From NCBI GenBank assembly GCA_030390025.1, contig CM059441.1, positions 66,774,001 through 66,838,000 on the forward strand: a stretch of 64,000 nucleotides of DNA. The letters run 5' to 3'. Under the pieces are notes generated by a model that was not told the DNA's origin, did not search any database, and saw nothing but the letters and a program-made list of their open reading frames with translations. The DNA comes from Squalus acanthias (taxonomy: Eukaryota). Each line of letters begins with the position of its first letter. Position 1 is the first letter of the stretch. The position numbers and the translations under genes are program-made. Positions 13,913-27,121 of the stretch are shown here, piece by piece.

Positions 13913-15130
13913 GTGTTTCTCCAAGGTACAGATGACAGCAGCAGATGTAACTGAGCGTGAGACTGCAGGAGGGAGGAGGCCTCGCTTGACAAAGAAATGA
14001 CTTGTAAAATGTAGGAGGAGTGGGGAGGGTGCGTCCTGATGCTGCATATGGAGCCAAGGTTACGGTATCGTGTAGGCCCTTCTCGTATACGGTCTCATTT
14101 GATCTCATCAAGTTCCCACTCTCTGCTGAGTCAGTTGGGGGACAGCTCTCCATAAATGGAGATGCATTTACGTTCCCAGGAGAGCCGTGTTAAATTTGCT
14201 GATTTCGGAATCTCCTCTTCTGTTTGGTGGTAGGTGAGTATCAGCATAACTGCCCGAGTGCAACCCATAGGTGACTGAGTGTAGTGTAATGTGCTGTTGT
14301 CAGATCGTTGTGCTTCGTCAGATTAAAAGCATCTTTTAGGAGCTGCTGAGTAAGTGGGACCACGACAGTGCTTCTAGGACCCTTCAGGATCCCATTGGTG
14401 TGTAGGTTGTGATGATGAGCTGGTTATCCAGGTCATTGATTTTGGCAGTGAGAACTTTGTTCCTCTGCCGGGGAAAAAATGGTCGTTGTCCTCTGTGTAT
14501 CCAGGAATTATTGCGATTCAAAATATAGGATTCAATAGTGGCTGAAGGATCCTCCATGATCTGTGCAGTCATCTGAAAGCTCTGAATCTTGCAGCAAAAG
14601 TAACTTCTCACATTGGCAAGTTCTGATTTCAGCCAGAGCAGCTGAAGATGTTACTAGCTTCAGTGAGAGTGGGTGCCGTGGAATCTGAGAGGGGGAATCT
14701 GTTAATGGCAGTGAACTGGAGGCATGGGCTCAACAAGAAGCTGAGCATTTCAGTAGTAATTGGTTTAACTTTTTACTAAACACTATTATTGCCTTGCTAA
14801 GTTATGCACGAGTGTTTCCCACTGCAAACAGAGCACCCAATAACCATTGAGTGGCACTCCACAGTTTAGGATTCTTATACATGCTATCACTGGAAGTCAG
14901 GTAGTTCTTTTGAAAGTTTTTCTTCTTGCTCCTCTTTCTCGGCCTCCTTTCCTCGCCTCCTCTTTCGGTTTGTACTTTTCTTCTATTGTGTTCCCTTTAT
15001 GCTGCCTGTACTTGTGCTCTCCCTCGTGCTGTCTCTCGTGCTCTCGCTCTTTTTTTTGCAGTGATCACATCTAGAGGGATTTTTAAAAACCATAAAAATT
15101 CCATTTTCTTGCAGGGATTTAGATTCTTGA

Positions 15131-15275
15131 TAACAACAGAAAACGCTGGAAAAACTCAGCAGGCCAGGCAGCATCCGTGGAGAGAGAAAGAGAGTTAACG
15201 TTTCAGGTCGATGACCTTTCATCAGAGTTTTCTGTTGTTATTTCGGATTTCCAGCATCTGCAGTATTTTGCTATC
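15131..15275. mobile_element. Short Penelope-like terminal-repeat insert with internal inversion
   Basis: 15-bp direct repeat gatttagattcttga at 15116-15130 and 15276-15290; first part is reverse and last part forward relative to the 29271-29665 copy. Confidence 0.8.
15193..15226 (-). ncRNA. Minimal type I hammerhead ribozyme motif (core intact, stem I disrupted)
   Basis: Minus strand: CUGAUGA-aaggucaucgaccu-GAAA-cg-UU-aacu; stem II agguc/gaccu; palindromic AACGUU at stem III. Confidence 0.65.
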
Positions 15276-15671
15276 GATTTAGATTCTTGAGTTGAGTTTC
15301 CTTCCCCATTGGGCTGCTCTGGTGATGCCTTTAGTCTGTTAGAACCAGTTGGGGCCTTGACTTCATATCAGCTTGAGAGCTCTTCTGGACCTGTCCAACC
15401 CCCAAGAAACCTGGCCCTTTATGTTTTTATAATGGATGCTAAATGGCTACATTTGGTGCATTGTTAATACATTTGTGTTTTATTTTTACAAATCGGCCAT
15501 TAACAGATCTCATGCAAGGCCTGCTTCTCTCTTATTAAACTCTTTTAGTTCTCTGCTCGGGTTCGAGAAAATTCTTGCAGTTAAACTACTTGAAGTATTG
15601 ACTTGTGCCAAAGCCATTTGATGTGATAATATCTTGTTTATTAAGAATGTTGCCCACCATATGTCTTCCAG

Positions 15672-15828
15672 GCCCATCGGTTACCCGTCTCTGGAAAGCA
15701 GATTGTAGTTTCGACTAGTTACCAGATTGGAGACTTGGTGTGGGCAAAGGTTGGTACTTATCCCTGGTGGCCCTGCATGGTGTCCTGTGATCCGTTGCTG
15801 CAGGTTCATACCAAGATCAACACAAGAG
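15672..15828 (+). CDS. NSD3: NSD3 exon (~human exon 4), N-half of PWWP1
   Basis: ttccag|GCC...AGAG|gtaaga; [52 protein letters not shown]; phase 0 to 1. Confidence 0.92.
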
Positions 15829-18800
15829 GTAAGACTGTCCCTCGATAGTAATTGCCAATCATGTCATTTCCCTTGAGAAGCGAGGCTCCTCCTTGGAGCT
15901 ACCCACGCAGCTGTTGCCAGGATATTTCTGCTTTGAGTCAGGGACTGGTCCAAGTGATCAGTTAGGTCGATAATCTTGTTGGAATGTCACATTGAGAACT
16001 AAATAATGTTGCTCTGACTGGGATGAAATGTTCTCCTCTGTTTACATGTTGTCCCAAACACGATGTCTTTTCTTTGCAGTTGAAGTCTGTTGGTTGTTGT
16101 GAAGCATAATGTTTTGCTATAGAGTCACGTGGTAACTGGCGTCACATGTTTCTGGTACCAGTTTTACATTGAGAATGCAACAATCTTATATTGTTAAGGG
16201 ATGGCAAAGCAAACAGAAACGTAAGTTCACATGTATTCCACGGGATTGAAGTATTCATGAGAGATTTGGAGGAGGACGGCTATTTGACGCGCCCTAAAGA
16301 TGTCTGCAGTTCCTTCTCTTTTCCCCCCCCCCCCCCCCAACAGCACCTAAATGGTTCTTAAATGATTGCAATGTTTTTGTATCTACTACCATTTGGTTCA
16401 TTCCACATGTTGACTTGGTGTGGAGAATTTCCAAACATCTCGCATTGAATTTATCTATCCTGACCTTGTCCTGCTGTTGAAATAGTGCTCTGGGTTTACT
16501 TTTCCTATACCACCTTACCTAAAATATAGACAGCAACAGTAAAGTCAAACCGCTTTCCTGTAATTCGTTCAGTCATTGATCACTGGAAGGAGGTGACTAT
16601 ATTGTGTCAATCATGCTGGTCCAAACATTGATTGATAAGCAGGGCAGAAAATCCTCCATTTTCATGATTTCCTTGGCCCTAAGAAATTGCCAAATGTAGG
16701 GTAAATTAATCTCCCCATCCCAAGTTTTAAATTATAATTAATGATCAGAATTGTCATTCTCTGGAAGTTTTCACTACATTAACTCATAAAGGTGATAGAA
16801 GACGAGATCTGTTTGAAGATGCCTGCCAATTTTAGGATAGCATTTTGTCAGGCCTTTGACTCATACCAATTTACGAAATGCAATTCTCAAATTCAACACT
16901 AACTTGAAATTGTGAACCCAGTTTAAGTGAGAAGTGGAGGTGGAGGCAGATTCGATGATAACTTTCAAAAGGGAATTGGATATGTACTTGAAAAGGAAAA
17001 AAATCGCAGGGCTATGGGGAAAGAGCAGGGGAGTAGGACTAACAGGATAGCTCTTTTCAAAGAGCCGGCACAGGCAAGATGGGCCAAATGGCGGCCTCCT
17101 GTGGTGTAAGATTCTATGTCCTTCTATCATCTAAAATATTTATCTTTTTTATTCCCAAGCTTGGCATTTATCTGAGCACGTACAAATACTGCCCATGGAT
17201 GTTTGCTTTGTTTTAAGAAAAACTTTGCTGTTGCAGCCTGACAGTGGTTGTGATCGAGATATCCCTTTTTATATTGATCAAATTGTCCACTTTTGTCATT
17301 TATAACCAGCCAGATGGCTTCTTTAAGAAAGCTTACAACATAATTCTTATTATTTATTCAAATGAGATTTGGCCAAGTTTCAATTTGCTTGAGTACTTAA
17401 AGTGAATCATTAACATGAAACAGATTTTTTTGGGGCATGTTTCCGATAGCAGCATGTAAACGAAAGGATGGTAAGAATAATAAGGCGATCCTTTTGTGGG
17501 CGAAGCCCCTCTCACTTGCATGAGAAGTAAAAAAAAATATTTTAAGAATCTGTTCAGTGTGCTGATCTCTGTGGAAGTGGTGATTGGCGTACTCTAATTA
17601 GCCGCAATGGCCTGAGTTAGAGAGGGGGAAACTGGCCAGGATTCCCGCTGGAAAGTACACGTATGGACCTCAGGTGAGTGTAGGACTGGGCACTCGCTGA
17701 GACTTGAGTGCGAAACATGAGGGTGATTTGACTCCCGTACCCCACCAAGGAGCCACATTTCTAGGAGACGAGGGAAAGAAAGAAAGTATCTGTGGATTCT
17801 GCAAACTTCTTAGCTCGTGCCGTTATAATTAGCTGCTGGAATGATCTGCTCAGCCACTGTTTCTGCACTAAGTAATCATCACTTGAGAATACTTCATCTC
17901 AAAATAATTTCTGAAAATGGTAAATGACAGGATCCTGGATTGATGAGTGCTGTATTTTATTTTTTCCTTTTGCCTATCCAGTTAATTAGTGTCTTGGGTT
18001 CTACGTGTAATGAGGAATTTGCCAGCTGGGGGATCTAACCTGTACCCTGCCAAACTGGGTCACTTTGTTCAGTACACCAATGCACAAGTCTGTGGGCTTC
18101 TATCGATCATATATACAGTGACCTGATCCTGCAGTACCTTCAGCAAACATGCATTCCTCCTTGTGTGTGCTATCCTCCTTAATGTTTATAATTGTATCCT
18201 CTAATCATGTGGCTGGATTATTAAGATATCGCGTGCAAAGTTTGTTTTGGTTATTCCAAGTTGGTATGTGTGTGTTTATATACAATATGTTCAGCAAGTC
18301 TGAACCCAAACTGATGAATAATCCAACTTTATGTAAAAAAAAAATGCACGATAAAAGCTGTTAACCGTCATGTTATTACCAATTTTTGCCACTTTTTTTT
18401 AACAACTCTCTCTTTGAATGTGAGAAAGGTCAAATCACTCATTCTTAAAAACTTGTTATTGAACAAAGTGCCATGTAAATCTAGGGAAATGCATTACGGT
18501 GAAGGATTATTGCATTTATAACAGTCAAACCAGGGTGATGCAGTACATTGGACCAACGCAGTGTGTGAGAGTACCAGAAATGGCTTTGCGCCTCCAAATC
18601 ACCACCCACTGTCTTCCTTATTTCGCCTTGTCCCCGCAGCAAAGCAAAGCCATTTCTTCAGAGAGGGGAAAATAGGTCTAAGTCATCCTGAACCAATCTG
18701 AGGCCTTGCCTTTGGCTGGTTTGTGGAGCAGTATCTGCTAGCAGGAGAACAATTGAAGGGAGATCTGAAAATAATAACTTTTTGGAGAAAAGAAAAGAGC

Positions 18801-21800
18801 TGATCGCATCTCAGTAAAGCATCCAGCCACTCCATTTCAGAACTGTGCTGTCAGCAATGAAAGTGATTGCAGCCAGTAACTAGTCCGCTTTCAATCATGT
18901 GACTGCGTTTCACCAATTCAACGGAGCAGTGAACTGTCAAACCAAAGTAATCTGGAACAACAGATGCTAACGTGGCACAAGTATGGTGCCCTGGATATTG
19001 CTGGCAAATGCAATAAATATTTTGTGGTTTACATTTTCATAACTGTGGTGGTAAAACATCTTGTTTCAGTGGAGAAATGTGCATACTAGGAAGTTGCATG
19101 TCTCTTTTTTTTAAAGTGAAACGTTTTAGCATGTGCAGGTGTTGGCATCGCACACGTCTTGAAGAATATTGTCTTTCTTTTAGTCCAGGAATCTTTTACC
19201 CCATGAATCCGAGGTTTACAGACGTGCATACCTATCTTAAAGAGCTCTTTGATGTTCAAAGTCTGTGTTTCTTTCAGCTGTCTGATTGAAAGTTGTAACC
19301 TTTGACCTGTTTGTGCAGGTGCTCGCGAATACCACGTGCAGTTCTTTGGGACGGTGCCAGAAAGAGCCTGGATCCACGAGAAGCGAGTGGCGCCCTACAA
19401 GGGGCGCTCGCAGTACGACGCCCTTGTAGCAGAAACTGCCAGACAGGCCAGCAATGCTGCAGAGAAACAAAAGGTATCCACGGCGAGTAATTACCCATAA
19501 TGATCACTCAACACTGCAGTCCAGGAGATTTAAACCAAATTAAGTTGTATAAGAACATAAGAAATAGGAGCAGGAGCAGACCATTCGGCCCTTCGAGCCT
19601 GCTCCGCCATTCAACAAGATCATGGCTGATCTTCTACCTCAACTCCACCTTCCCGCTCGATCCCCATATCCCTTGATTCCTTTAGTATCCAAAAATCTAT
19701 CGATCTCTATCTTGAATATACTCAACGGCTGAGCATCCACAGCCCTCTGGGGTAGAGAATTCTAAAGATTCACAACCGTCTGAGTGAAGAAATTTCTCAT
19801 CTCAGTCCTAAATGGCCGGCCCCTTATTCTGAAACTGTGACCCCCTAGTTCTGGACTCCCCAGCCAGGATATGTTATCAAAGCAGAATCTTTGGTTTTCT
19901 GCCAGTCTTACAGTTTGTTGATATCAATGGATTTACCACAAGGAAAGCATCTTTGTGCATCCTCCTGGGCTATCCTGTTCCATTTGCTGCCTTTTAGTGA
20001 ATTGTTTGCACAGTTTCCCCTGCCTCTGCTAAAGATCTTACCTCTTGGTCCCTTCTACTTGGTTGAAAGGCTCTCTAAAGTAGGAAACAAGAATGGAAAG
20101 ACTGCCGTCATCATCATTATCTGATTCAACTTTTGTGTTCTAACAGTCACTTTTTACGGTCCCTCTAAAGTTTTCCACTTTGAGATTAACTTGGTCCTTG
20201 GTGATGGCCATTCAAAACCAATCTGTCTCTGACAGGTAATGATGCTCTTAGTGGGTCTATGTGCGTAGTTGCGCTATATAAATGCAAGTATTTTTTCTTC
20301 GGTATTTTAATTTTGCCCCATTTAGATTTTCCTGTACCCATTTTCATGCTATAAATTTGACTTTCAAAGTATTGAAGAGTAGCTTGTTTGCTTTTATTTC
20401 TTCCACCCCCCCCCCCCCCCCCGTAACTTTCTTACTCCAGCCCACCCCCACTTGCATTCCCGACCTGTGGAAAAGCAATCAGCGTCCACTCAGCAACTCT
20501 TCCTGATAGTATGGGCAAGGCAAAGGAGTTCATTGGGTGGAGAATTGTATGCAGCAGGGAACGATCTGGTGCAGTGCACTAGAGAACATTGGAGCAAGTA
20601 TTAAGTTCCAGCAGAAGTCCGCCTTGGCTCAGTGGTAGCTCGCTCTCCTCATGAGTCGGAAGGTCATGGGTTCAGCACCGAGGGGTTGCTGTGCTGTCAG
20701 AGGTGCAGTGTTATGGCTCCGAGGTTAAACGGAGCCCTCTCTGCCCCCTTCAGGTGGATGTAGTGCCATGGAGTCTTCTACATCACAAAGACCTGGGGAA
20801 TTGCCCCAGTGTCGTGGCCAAAATGTTATCCCTCAAATCGGAACAATTTTTATGAGAGAGAGAGAGAATATCTGGTCATTTATCTCATTGCTGTGTCTGG
20901 GACCTTGCTGTTGCAAATTGGATGCGATGTTTGCCTACGGTCCAGCAGTGACAACACTTCAAAAGTGCTTGATTGACTGTGAAACATTTTGGAAAGTCCT
21001 GACTATGTGAAAGGTGCTGTAGAAATGCAAGTAGGGATTAGAACCAATGGTTTTCCAAGCCCACAACTTTTTTTTCCCCCACTTTCAGGATTGTAATGAA
21101 CATCATGTATTGTAATTGATGAAAACGTTTTTCAATTTTTACTTGTAGATTCTGAAGCCCATAGCACAAAGAATTCGTCCTCAGTGGGATGTTGGCATAA
21201 CTCAAGTGGAAGATGCATTGAGATTGACTCTGGAGGACAGGATAGCACAGTATACCTTCATTTATGTGGACGAAAAGCCTGACATATCAGCAGATACGAC
21301 TCCAACATCGTTAAATCTCGAAGTAAAGAGAAGTAGGCGGCTGGAAACCTTGTCCAGTTCTCCACGGGACCAGACAGTGGTGCAGCAGACGGCTCTTGCG
21401 GCCCCCGCTGCTAGTGACGCAGGTCAGCGCGCACACGAAAGGCAAGCAAATACCCAAGAACCTCCCCCCAAAATGACTTGGAGGACAGCCGCAGCTAGAA
21501 AATCACTGCCGCCTTCCCTTGCAAACCTCAAAGGGAACCAGGCTGAGAAACGAAATGGTGACTGTGAGGTGTTGCCAGTGAGAAAAAATGATCAGGTACT
21601 TGAAATCCAGGAGAAAGACACCAATGGGAAATTGCCTAATAAGTATTTACTTGTCTCTAAGAAGGAAATCTCAAGGGTAATTATTAAATGATTGTTTTAA
21701 AGGGGTAAAAAAGGAAGGTGCCATTTGATTGTTTTGCTCCTTGTCCCTTGCTCTACTTATTGGCAGACTGTTGATGATTGGTGAATCGTGTGTGTATGTT

Positions 21801-24800
21801 GGGCATAAACTCTGTCCAATTACTGTCATGAAATATCTTTAAGTGGGTAAAGTAGTTAGGTTTTTGTTTGAAGTCCCAATAGCCACTCTCTAGTCACTCT
21901 ACGTTTGCAATCCCATGGCATCCCATCTAGAAGCTACTCACTGCACAGCCACCCCTCACCTGAATTTCATATTTCATTTCCTTGGATCATTGAGTTTGAG
22001 GAAAATGCATTGATGCTGACAGCCGCAATGGGGGAAGGAAAATAAAAATAAAAGGAAGCCGGGAATCCCACTTCTGATTGTTCTCACGTGATTACTGTCC
22101 TGTGACGCCTTCTGGAAAGTAAGTGTATGTGTGTGTTCATTGTGTGTGAGAGAGAGAGAGCGCAAACATTGGCTCAGCTCTGATGCTCTTTTGGAATCAA
22201 GTGGCCTGCTGTCGCCGCCTGGGCTTGCATTTAAAGAATTGGCCACTTCATGTGAGGTACCAGGGTACAACCAGTACCTGTTGCGCCGTGCCCAGCATGC
22301 GCCAGGCAATGGAGATTTTAAAAAAAGACAGATGCAATCTTTCCCTGTATCTGTCTGTCCCTGAGCCTAGAAATTGATGCCTGCCATCTCGTACTTCTAT
22401 TTGTTTGCTATTGGAGGGCAGGCATCTGATCAGCTGTGGTATTGGGAAACCAGTTTCTGTACTTTATGAACACCCCTGGTTAAAGTTTCTCAGATCACGT
22501 GTGCTGCAGTCAGTCAGTATTTGCATGATATACAATAGCATAAGACAGAATTGCAGAAATTCTCGCAGAAAGTGTAAATCTCTTCATGAATTAATTGCTT
22601 GTTTTAAATTATAATAATCTGTACTTGTATACAAATGCTTTATTGGCGGCCGAGTGCCAAATCTTGATGGTATGGCTGGGCACAGTATTATGCCGTGGAC
22701 CCACCTAGTCCTGGAGCTGCTGATTGTGTGTTAATGTATCTTGTGTTTATTGTGTATACTTGTGTCATAGTTGTCCAGAGTGATGGGATGTTTGCATAAA
22801 AATGTCTTATTTCGATGGCGAATGGAATTTGTTGTTTTGCAGTGACCTGTAGGGTGCACACCTGTCTCTTCTGGTTTAAATGTTCCACAGAAATTAGAAA
22901 ATATAATTAGGAAATCTTATCATTCTGCATTTGCTCTTTCACAATAATGTTTTCCTTTATCGTTTCTGCCTTCCTCCCAGTTTAAAGCTGCTGTAGCCAC
23001 GGAGATAATTTGGGATAATCTGTTTCCTATTTGGCATTTTCTTTCCGCAAAAAAAAAGGATTTTTTTTTTTATTAGTTTGGAATGTTTGTAACGTGTACT
23101 CGGCTCACGAGGAAATGTTCCAAATGAGGAGACTCGCCACATGGCATTCTTTCAGTCTGCGTCGTATTGGGTAAAATCAGCCAACCAGTTAGCTGATTAC
23201 GGAGCTGCTTTGACTATGGCGGTAGAGAATTGCACCCGAGCTGGAAGAAGATTCAAAATCAAAAGGCGACAAAGCAGATGGGCGAGGGAGAAATAGTTGG
23301 GATTTTGGGTGATGCCGTTTGAACGGTTGGGAGGGGCTGGAAGCATGTAAAATTTAAGATTTCAAAGATGGTATAATTCTACGAAATTACACCAGATTGT
23401 TGGATTAAAAGGCTTATAGAATCCTATGTGTCTCCCATTCCTAATCCTACTTGACCAACCACATAGAAATTTACGGCACAGAAGGAGGCCATTCGGCCCA
23501 TCGTGTCTGTGCCCTCTGTCAGTGTTACACTTTGCTTCACATATATTTACTTACAAGATGCAGAATGTAGAATAGTGATTTACAATTCCCAGTATATTTT
23601 GCTCAGAGAACAAAAGGTTTTCTATTAACAATGTAAATTCTTTTCCTTGCAATTAATCTCTCGAGAATGTTTTATAAATTGATGGTTGTTTAAAACCTCA
23701 AGTGGATCTGGATTGCTTTGAAAGGAAGGGATGTATTTTCTCAGTCTGAGCATACAAGTTAAACGTTGCATTTTTATCACCAAATCATTAAAAAAAAATT
23801 GACATTTTACCTTCTCCTTTCCTCCCCATCAAAAAATCATTGGCCCGTAATTTCCGATAGGAGGCTTCATGCGTGCGGTTCGCAAGTGTCCCTGGGATCA
23901 CGTGGGCCAGGCGAGCCAATGGAAGAAGGGAATCCCCCTTCATACTTTTGACAAATAGACCTGTCAAAAGTATGAATGGGGATCACTGAAAAAAGACACT
24001 ATAAAACATTAAATACACTTTTTTAGTCACGTTTTTAAAATGAGTTAAAATTACATTAAATTAAATATTTTAAACAAAAATTTAATTTTTTTACGGGGCT
24101 AAAAATAAACTTTTTTTAAAAGTATTAAATTATAAATGAGTGAGAATTAAAAAAAAAAAACTTTTTAAAACTCTTATGCTGGTAAAAGCAGGCCTTGCGC
24201 TTTTACCAGGCGTAAGATTTTTAAGTGATTTCAGCGGGCAGAGGTTCTGCAGAAAGCGGAACTCTCCACCCGCAGAGGCCCTTCTCCAGGGCAAGCGTCC
24301 GATCTGTCAAGAGGATTCTTGACGGATCGGAAATGCTGGTTTTCAGCGCATGCGCTTCGTTTGCCTGAAACCAGCATTTCCGATGTCCCTACGGGTGTAT
24401 ACACAGCCTGTAGGCATCGGAAAATACGGGCCTTTGTCTCCCTCTCCTGACTTCCCTTTGGGTTTGGGGTGCCTCAAGGAGGTAAAGCTGATGGTTGATG
24501 GTCTTGGCTTTGTGTGGGTAATAAAATCATTTTATTCCTAGAAGGGAATGAGTATTAAGGCAGAGCCGTCGCCAAGAGAAGTTGACGCAGTTCTGATCAC
24601 ACCGTTAAGCCTGCGGAGTGAGAAACGAGAAGCGGAGGTGCAGTCCTCTGCACACGGAGAGGCACACCCACTTTCATCAGGTAAACGCTCATCTTTGTCC
24701 CCGTCACTTAGACGTTTTGTATTTTCTCCATTCACTATTCCTCTGGAGTACAGGCAGGTACTTGACTTTCTCTCTGGTCTCCTGCACTGTCTCGGAATGT

Positions 24801-27085
24801 TGGCCGCAGGGTGGTGCATATAGGATGACTCACGAGTCAAGCTTCTGCTATGTGTGTGTGCATGTGAGCTGTGTGTTCCTGCGTTGAGAGGAGGGAACGG
24901 AGCCACCCCCAAGCATGTCCCCGTGGTGTTGGCGAGCTTGCCACACTCGGAAGTGAGACTATAAACCCATATTGGAACATGAAGTGTTTCACATTGTAAT
25001 ATTGCTGGGTTTCCACTTTTGGCCTACAGATTATGGACTGAAGCCAAACTGATAAAATTCCAAGTCCGAACTTGGTGAGAAGGTTTGGGGCTGAGCCAAG
25101 CCAGGCCTTTTCCTGCTCTTTGTGAACCTTTTAGTGAGTGCTGTAAAAGAGTTTTGTTCTCTGCTAGATGTTATGATTATTTAACGGTTGGGGAACAAAT
25201 ATTTATTTATGATGGGAGAGTGCAATTTGTTGGACACCTGGGCGAAGCAGATGGAAGTCGGAGAGGAGACTCTTTCCAGTTTGAGAGAAGTGGAGCTTTA
25301 TTTTTTTCTTAGCCAAATGCAGCCAATCCTTCTAATTATAGTTCAGTCAAAGCCTTTGATACTTTATACTTGTCAATTTCCAGCTTTCAATGCTAATGCC
25401 AAAGTTTTGTTTCTCGTTTTGGTTTAAAATTCTCTTTCACGACCTTCAGAAAGGAAACAGCAAAGAAGATCAGTTAGAAGCCGCTCCGAATCCGAGAAAT
25501 CTGCTGAGGTTGTACCAAAAAAGAAAATGCGAAAAGAACAGGTACGTCCTGGGAACATGGGGGTTGGTTGTTAGAGTTGGAGACAAGCTCACATCGGTGC
25601 ATCAGGGAGAACATAGGAATAGAAATATCCCATTCAGCCCCTCGAGCCTGTTCCACCATTCAGTTGGCTGATCTGTATCTCAACTCCATTTACCCACCTT
25701 TGATCCATATCCGTAGATATCCTTAACTAGCAAAAATCTATCAATCTCCATTTGAAAGCTACGCTTGTCCCAGAATCCACAGCCTTTTGGGGGGGAGAGA
25801 GTTCCAGACTTCCACTACCCTTTGTGTGGAAAAAGTGCTTCCTGATTTCACTCCTGAATGGCCTAGCTTGAATTTTAAGAGCATGCCCTCTTGTCCTGGA
25901 TTTCTCAATAAGAGCTAATGGTTTTTTTTTCTGCATCTACCCTATTGAATCCCTTTATCATTTTCGATCATCCTTCAACTTTCTAAACTCAAGGGAATAT
26001 AAGTTAGGTTTACGCAACCTGTACTCAATTCAACCCTTCAATCATTCTGGTGAATCTGTGCTGGTATCATTTTGGTGAATCTCTCCCTTCCAAGGCCGGT
26101 ATATTTTTCCTGGGTTTGTTGCACAAACCTGAACGCAGTACTCCAGTTCAGGTCTCACCAAGGCTCTGTACATCACTTACTCACTTTTGAATTCAAGTCC
26201 CTTGAGATAGATAATTTATTAGCCTTCAATTAGCCTTTTTGATTACCTTTTGTACCTGTGCACTAGCTTTTAATTTGTGTACATGGACACCTAAAATCCC
26301 TTTGCTCCTCGTCTCACCATTAAGAAAATATTCTGATTTTTGTCTTTCTCAGATTCAAAGTGAATGACCTCTCATTTCTCCACATTGAACACCATCTGCC
26401 ATAGTTTTGCCAACTCAGTTAATCTGTCTGTTCCCTTTGTAACTTTTTTTGTTCCCATCTGCGCAACTTACTGTGCCTCCTAACTTTATATCTGCAAACT
26501 TGGATATACAACTCTCTCTTCATCCAAGTCATTTCTTCTTGCTCCCATGATACCCACTATCCCTTTAGTGTTCACTACCCCTACCTCTTCCCCTTAAACC
26601 CTGTATGTCCCCTCTCTCTGGCTCTACTGTCACTCCCTCTCACTTCCTAATCCCTTAAGAGGGTTTGTCTGCTCTCTCAATTTAACATGTGTTTTTTTTA
26701 AAAAAATCATCAAACTTGAATGTGGAAAGAAAGNNNNNNNNNNNNNNNNNNNNNNNNNNNNNNNNNNNNNNNNNNNNNNNNNNNNNNNNNNNNNNNNNNN
26801 NNNNNNNNNNNNNNNNNNNNNNNNNNNNNNNNNNNNNNNNNNNNNNNNNNNNNNNNNNNNNNNNNNNNNNNNNNNNNNNNNNNNNNNNNNNNNNNNNNNN
26901 NNNNNNNNNNNNNNNNNNNNNNNNNNNNNNNNNNNNNNNNNNNNNNNNNNNNNNNNNNNNNNNNNACAGGCATAAGTCATTAACACTGTCCTTTTCTGAC
27001 TGTCAAACACAGGTGAGCTAAATAGCTGGCTTTGGAATTCAGCTTTTCTTTAACAAAAATATTGAACTAACATCAAGTGAAGTTC

Positions 27086-27121
<36 letters not shown>

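Noticed and set aside
1-15671. Upstream NSD3 exons (candidates near 5948, 7260, 8234 and 14633)
   Set aside because: Acceptor-like sites exist but show no similarity to NSD3, have in-frame stops, or have weak or out-of-phase donors. A divergent short exon cannot be excluded.
21591-21601. Internal donor CAG|gtactt as the end of the large linker exon
   Set aside because: It is in frame and possible as a minor site, but length correspondence with the recalled human exon favours 21676.
26630-27021. ORFs spanning the N run; missing exon in the gap
   Set aside because: Artefact of Ns. The flanking exons (KEQ|VET) are contiguous as in human NSD3.
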